From: Tubiluchus corallicola
Taxonomy: Eukaryota > Animalia > Priapulida
Direction of reading: 5' to 3'
DNA length: 64,000 bases
NCBI GenBank assembly: GCA_030141605.1
Contig: JAQGDQ010001000.1
Coordinates: 7,325-71,324 of the forward strand
How positions within the stretch are numbered: the first letter of the stretch is position 1; each line of letters starts with the position of its first letter. Positions 57,808 to 64,000 of this stretch are shown here, one piece after another. A program made the position numbers and the translations under genes. The notes beneath the pieces are model-generated. The model saw only the letters and a program-made list of their open reading frames with translations. It ran no database searches and was not told where the DNA came from.

Positions 57808-58998
57808 CTTGAATCACTGGAATTACTCCACCACAGAATTGACTTAAGTGCTACATTTTTCACAATCTACTTGAACTACATGATTCTAAGAGCTTAAAAT
57901 ATTTACATGATTGCAACCGGATGCCTCAGTTCATGATAATTGCATAGAAGTTATTACGGTCTTAGAGCACAATAATTCATTCACGACAAACATTCCACCA
58001 CTACTACGTCTACTACAGCAAGAGTTTTACTGCTTTGCAGACAGCAGCTCTGCGGAGAACCGACAGGGCTGATGAGCCTAAACTCAATAGAACATGTAGT
58101 TCATACCTTCTTCTCGTACGTAAAGTGGTACTGAACTGCAGTTTATAACTGGCCACATTGCTAATAACTTTCTCACAATATGGTGGCGCCATCTCTTTGC
58201 AGAGGTTTGATTTACAAAAATAAAAGCCAGGATTATATAAAAATTGAACAACTGCACAAGCTACTGGCACAGGGGTGTCGTGTTTTTGCTGGATTTAACG
58301 GCTGTGCTAACCTGCCTGGAGAGCAGACTTCTTTTATTTCAGAGTTCTGCCTGCCCCAACATCTACAGTAGACGTAATGGGCATAATGATGATGCACCAG
58401 AACAGATTATTAATTTTAATATTCATATAAAAAATTAGTAGATATTCTCTAGCGTAAGAGTTCTTATTTTACTTATAATAACACCATAAACTATATATCA
58501 GGGAAACTAGCAAAACCGCTCAATTGGTGAAAAAAATAAATTAGCAAATCAATTTTATTAACATCAACTATCAGTATTAACGACTGCAGTGAAGTAAAGT
58601 TAAAATGTAACTTTGTAACATACAAAAATAAATTACTATACAGTACTGTTGACTGTTGCAAAAATTCGTACATGATAATAATTTATTTATTGACGATTTA
58701 CAATCCATGCAATTACAATTACAATTACAAGTTACAAAACATTACATAAACAATGCAGTACATTACAATGAAGAAAAAATAACGTTTACACATTTGTCTA
58801 TTAAAGTGTTTTGTTCTTGCATTTTCTTAATATAATAACACCTACTTAGTTATTTCTTTACTGGGGTGTAACTGTGCCAAACCACGTTTTAAAGAACACA
58901 TAGTAATTGATGTAATTAACAAATGCAAGAACCAATAACATCTTACTAACCCATAGACATGTACATACAGAAAAGGCCAACTGCTGCTGATTTCAAAC

Positions 58999-59389
58999 TG
59001 TTGTGTTTGTTTCTCTCGGAAGGCTCGTAGATAAAACAAGAAAACACGTTGTCAAATTGAACAAGTTTATTGTGTGAGAATTCTACAACACAAAGTATGA
59101 AGGAATGTAAAATATGTACAGTCAAGTGATAGGAAAATTGCATACGCAACTGCGTGCGAGAATGCAAGAATGTGTGAATCTGAGAATATGAGAATAAACT
59201 TGAGCGGTCAGCTCCGCCTTATATATCAGTGTAAATGGACAACACCAGAACAATCTAGAAACTACTACGCGCATCGTGTATAGAAAGTTCTAGAATCTAC
59301 GATTGCTTCTACAAGGTAAAAAGATTGGTTCTACTATACTACAGAACATTCTACAATTTTCTATTTACTTCTAATGGATCTGCACAACA
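58999..59389 (-). mobile_element. Solo LTR, 391 bp, with a 5-bp TSD
   Basis: TGTTGTG...CACAACA termini and an identical CAAAC on both sides (58994-58998, 59390-59394). On the minus strand, TATATAA (about 59219-59225) precedes AATAAA (about 59066-59071). Confidence 0.88.
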
Positions 59390-59476
59390 CAAACAACGAG
59401 ATATAGACACCGGGGTAATTTTACACACCAATGTGCCGACAAGTGAGAATTAAGTATGGCCAGGGGCTGAGGAGCG

Positions 59477-60655
59477 GGCAGGATCATTGTTTATTAAGCT
59501 AGTATAGACTGCAACCTAGGCCTCAAGCTTTAGCAAAATTTGGTAAAAAATCTTTTTTCCACCACTGTTGTCTTTAAATGTGTGCTAATTTGGTTTGCAA
59601 TAAACAGCAAAAGAGCGGCATTTCCTAAAGAAATTTTTATTGATAAACAAAAGATAGCTATTTTAGTTTATTCGAAAAACTTGAAATAAGTTTACTTCAA
59701 TCTGGGTGTCTATAAAGTCTCTTCACAATTTTAAAAATTTATTACAAAGGCAGTTGACAAGATATCTTAACAGATTTGTTTTGTTTTATTCAATGTTTAT
59801 TTAAGTTTGAGATCACATTGAAATTTTGCGTTTTATGTAGGTCTCCTGTTGGTAGAAGGGTATTGTTAACTGAAACCCCAAAAATGGATACCCCTCAAGA
59901 GAGAAGGCACAGTGTGTATCATGGTTTATTGAGACAAAATCGTATGTGCAGGCTCAGTGAACCTGCAGAACTAAGTATGGAAGAGATCCATGGGGTTATG
60001 TGAAAGACATCGTGTATCGAACGAAGATACGGGACATTACTGACTTGAAGCAAAGGGCGGATTTCTGATGCCATCGCCACCATTGATGAAGCTATGACGA
60101 AACTACAGAACTAAGTATGGAAGAGATCCATGGGGTTATGTGAAAGACATCGTGTATTGAACAAAGATACGGGACAGTACTGACTTGAAGCAAAGGATTT
60201 CTGATGCCATCGCCACCATTGATGAAGCTATGACGAAACTACAGAACTAAGTATGGAAGAGATACATGGGGTTATGTGAAAGACATCGTGTATCGAACAA
60301 AGATACGGGACATTACTGACTTGAAGCAAAGGATTTCTGATGCCATCGCCACCTTTGATGAGGCTATGCTACAGCGAACATGGCAAGAAATCAAGTACCG
60401 TCTTGATGTGCTTCGTGCAACTAATGGTGCCAATATAGAAATGTAAACTAAATGAGTTAAAAAAACTTTGACAACCACTGATTACATTAGAACAAATCTA
60501 GCTAACAAATCTTGTCAACTGCCTTTGTAATAAATTTTTAAAACTGTATAGAGACTTTATAGACACCCTGTATATCACGAAAAAACATTCAAGATGGGTG
60601 CGAGCGAGTTAGAGGGGGCCTAAGGAGGAGGCCCTAAATGCCCATAATCCGGTCA
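59477..60655 (+). mobile_element. hAT-like MITE split by a mariner insertion
   Basis: 59477-59700 and 60575-60655 match the family at 20388 and 38935. Ends CATAATCCGGTCAG. Confidence 0.65.
59702..60570 (+). mobile_element. Internally deleted Tc1/mariner element (DUF4817-HTH type transposase remnant)
   Basis: About 80-bp TIRs C(T/A)GGGTGTCTATAAAGTCTC...GAGACTTTATAGACACCCTG-TA. N-terminus MDTPQE/AQCVSWFIETKS...RTKYGRDP is fused to C-terminus WGYVKDIVYRTKIRDITDLKQRISDAIATFDEAMLQRTWQEIKYRLDVLRATNGANIEM*. Confidence 0.9.
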
Positions 60656-60845
60656 GGAGACCGAAAATAGTACAATTTTTATAACTACATCAACAAGCAC
60701 TTGCTCTATTAAAATATACATTTGCAGGGCATCATAGTTCTTACATAACAACAATCTAATTACCCATTAAATTTTATACAATTTAATGCTCAACTACGAG
60801 ATGCTTGGGAAACTACAAAATAGGCACCGCGAAACGCACAGACTG

Positions 60846-60956
60846 TCACTTGGTTAAGCTGTTGCCGTCATACGAGGTAAAATGGGTATAAATTTGTTTG
60901 GAAAGCTCTGGTCCAACTCTTCTCGATGTAGCGAGCACTCCGGCTCCTCGACGTAT
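60846..60956 (-). CDS. EME1: Crossover junction endonuclease EME1, last coding exon
   Basis: ctaatttacag|IRRGAGVLATSRRVGPELSKQIYTHFTSYDGNSLTK* matches the EME1 C-terminal HhH signature [23 protein letters not shown]. Upstream exons lie beyond the window. Confidence 0.9.
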   Translation of the reverse strand: MRRGAGVLATSRRVGPELSKQIYTHFTSYDGNSLTK

Positions 60957-61399
60957 CTGTAAATTAGAGACAATTATTATTATTATTTTAGTTCTTTATT
61001 TTTAAAAACTATGTACAGAATACATTCCCTCAATTTGCAGGGATATGTTTAAAATTTCTAGAAGCATTTACAACGTATTAAACCTATTCACATGTATATA
61101 TAATTTAGAATCCAACGCATGAGACACATTGAACGACAACGATCATATACACTAGACATAGTTGCAAATTATAATCCAACACTACATACATACATACATA
61201 ATAAAAGATAACGAACATATTTTAATACTTGGTAAAAATTTACACACATTATACACAATGAAAACAGCGAGTACAATTATAATAAACATAATTACCAATT
61301 CTAATGTAAATTCACATAATCATAAATAAAAACAAAACAACATATAGAAAACACGACGAGAGTTGTAAAATTTCATCACCAACAGACTCTTTATATACG

Positions 61400-62178
61400 G
61401 CCTCTTAGATGCTAGACTCTCATTTTGACTTGCTGACTGCTCAATTTCAGAACGTTTTTTCAAAATTCTGCCGAGAGTACTTTGGAAAATTTTCGACTGC
61501 GCTGCTGCACACCTCTGCCCCATCTTTGAAGTTTATCGTACTGCTCTAAAATTTTCAGTTTCTCCTTAACTGTTAGATTTTTGCGCTTATGCTCCATTTT
61601 TCAAAGTTCTTAACTCTATGCTCTTATTTGCTGTATGATGTTTACTCTTGTAAGTCACAAGGAATACTGACTGATTACTGTACCTGCATTTTTGACTATT
61701 AACTCATTAAGCCCGAAAGCGTAATTTGCAACTAGAGCATCAAAAGGAAACCGCTAGACAAGTGATTAAATGTTTAGCTTCCAGAAATTCTTGGGTAACG
61801 AGGTTAATTGTAGTGGACGAGCGGGTAACAGATTCAAAGCAAGACCGCAACGCTAGCATATTAGCGCATGATAAACGTACCTGCTTACAAACAAAACGGT
61901 ACTTAACATGATTGTTTCTACATATATTATAGTGCGCAAAGCGAAGTAAAGATGACATAAAAGTAGAAAAGGCTCTTTGGGTAAATTATTTTACAGACAT
62001 TACAAATGTTTTATTTTAAGTATGTGAAGGAAAAATATTGAGTCAATTATGCGGAGTTATTTGAGTCGATTACTGATAGTTTTTATGTATATTTGAATAG
62101 AAGCGGCCCATACCAGACATTTTTGAGTCAATTAAGAGATGAGTCTATTAACCGTGAGTCTATTAAGCGGCGCTACTG
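61400..62178 (-). mobile_element. pogo/Tigger transposon 5' fragment in the last EME1 intron
   Basis: Terminus CAGTAGCGCCGCTTAATAGACTCAC at 62178. From the ATG at 61597: MEHKRKNLTVKEKLKILEQYDKL, a frameshift, then KMGQRCAAAQSKIFQSTLGRILKKRSEIE (psq/CENP-B-type HTH). Confidence 0.78.
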
Positions 62179-62426
62179 CATTTGAAAAAAATTACACTAG
62201 CGTGAAGTCGTTCAAGTTTATCGAGAAAAAAGCTCCTTGTGAAGTTATTCATAGCTTAAATTTTGTGATAAAATATTTTTCTCGAGATTTTACTAACTAT
62301 AACTGTATCGCATGGCTGCCATTAGATAAATAAAATAACCCAAGACGATGATTTTTAGTGTGAAAAAGAGAATGTGCCAGAAGAAAACCGCATGTATGGA
62401 AGCCTAAAAGCTTCTTCTCCACTCAC

Positions 62427-62483
62427 CAGAATGTCTTGAAGTAGCAAACGTGCCTCTTTTTCTGTCGTGCATCTTTGGTATGC
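62427..62483 (-). CDS. EME1: Crossover junction endonuclease EME1, penultimate coding exon
   Basis: tttttag|AYQRCTTEKEARLLLQDIL|gtgagt, 57 nt, phase 0-0. Resembles vertebrate EME1 AYQQCFSDKERQNLLADIQ and joins in frame to the next exon. Confidence 0.85.
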
Positions 62484-64000
62484 CTAAAAATACAGGGAAT
62501 AATGTTAATATGTTAGTAAAGTGGTATGAGGCTACCACGCAGGGAGATCGCTATGCTCTTGATCTGCTTCTTAAATTTGCTTCAAAAACTATGGGAATTA
62601 AACAGTGACCTATGGCACACTCGTACGACATGAGAGTCATAAAAAGAGCACAAGTTATTATTAATGACGAATTTCATCCAGATAATAAATTTTTTAAAAT
62701 ACTGTTTTTTAATAATGATTTACGTGAAAGAATTATTACCACAGAAACCTAATTTCGTGTTCGACTGAGTAGTTCTTTGATGTTACATGCTCTTCGCCAT
62801 TCACTAGTTAGATGGGCACTAGCGCCTTTATTTCGGAAATGTATTGCACAAAAAACAGGTGCTGTACCTATGACTTCAAATGTGTTCAGTTGTGATGCAA
62901 CACACACATTTGAGGGCTCATGCGTTACAGCAGTGATAAACTTGATATTTAAACTTTTAAACTTAAAATTGCCTAGTTTTTGTATATCACAATGAATGTT
63001 GCACATTTATCCTGTACTTCAACTTTCAGTTTTGCAAATACATGCAACGCGTTCATGTTTGATTGTGATGTCATCATCGCTTGCTACGCTCACTGATGTT
63101 ATCAGGAACATTATCGCAACATTACAGACGTTAAAATATATATTTCAGAATCATCCTGTTTTCCTTTAAACAAATATAGTGATATATGTGTGATACTTGC
63201 ATACCAAAACCGTCCATAAGTCGGCATAGTTAAAACTGTTATGATGCTTCAAAGTAGAATGAACCAGAAATATGGTCAAATGTCATTTTTTCATATTTTG
63301 TAAAAACCAACGGTAAATATATTGGACTTTTATATTCTAGCACCAAATTATCGAAAAAGTGTTCAAAAGGCACCGAAAACTTAATTTTATAACTCCTTAC
63401 CCATTTCTCTGCCTAGAAACTAGTACTGCAATTGGAAAAAGCTTCTATTTTTAAACTCAGTTGTAGCTCGTGGAAGCAGCCATTTTTCTGTTGCCAAGCC
63501 CAGATCTTTGTCAGGAAGAGCCATCTACTGGATTTAAACATAACTTCAATGCGCTCTTGCAGAGTCCATAGCAACCAACATTTGTGCGGTTGCTAAGTGT
63601 TTTGTAGAAACGCGACAAAAAACAATGGCTAACTTTAACAGCGATTTTCTCAAGATTATGTTTTCCAGTGCATAGCCTGCATGTCAGCTTCAATATGGAT
63701 TGTCTCAGGTTAGGAATAACATAGAGTGATGAACTTGGTATCAAAACGATCCTCATGAAATAGAGATTCAGGATATGTGAATAACTAGAAAAGCTCAATT
63801 GCCAACTTATGGACGATTTTGCTTTGCAAGTGCACATATATGAAACATAAATAATACATAATTGTGTGACGAATTGTAAACTCCTTCCAAAAGTGTGTAC
63901 ATAAATAAATTGTTTGTATTTGTTTTTTATTCTGAAAGACTAGGACAGCACCCTCCTAATTTAGAGGTACCGACTACCGATACCTGTATTAAACTCTGCA

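Noticed and set aside
63391-63530. Minus-strand segment with acceptor- and donor-like ends as a further EME1 exon
   Set aside because: I could not find the expected upstream EME1 sequence (W..QIQQ...YPSP), and the frame closest to it hits a stop. The adjacent sequence looks like a LINE remnant.

Overview
AT-rich, repeat-dense animal (invertebrate-type) nuclear DNA; it is not prokaryotic. I rebuilt two spliced minus-strand genes by hand. (1) A complete four-exon meteorin/METRNL-family gene: CDS join(57665-57807, 47918-48294, 21601-21657, 2279-2589), 888 nt, 295 aa. It has a signal peptide, all ten family cysteines and GT-AG introns of about 9.4, 26.3 and 19.0 kb. (2) The last two coding exons of EME1 (62427-62483, 60846-60956), whose stop lies only about 3 kb upstream of the meteorin ATG. 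The ORF track misses four of these six exons. The rest is a transposon landscape: three or four families of TTAA-flanked Kolobok-type MITEs; hAT-, Harbinger-, Tc1/mariner- and pogo-type remnants; RTE, CR1 and L2 LINE 3' fragments; tRNA-derived SINEs including a Meta-domain SINE; a solo LTR with an intact TSD; and many micro- and minisatellites. Local tandem and inverted duplications are unusually frequent. I found no evidence for a novel multi-gene system. The best leads are the EME1-METRN adjacency, the solo LTR between the two genes, inverted repeats bracketing a frame-symmetric 57-nt exon, and several structural-mutation signatures. Repeat boundaries are approximate, and family names come from terminal motifs rather than database searches.
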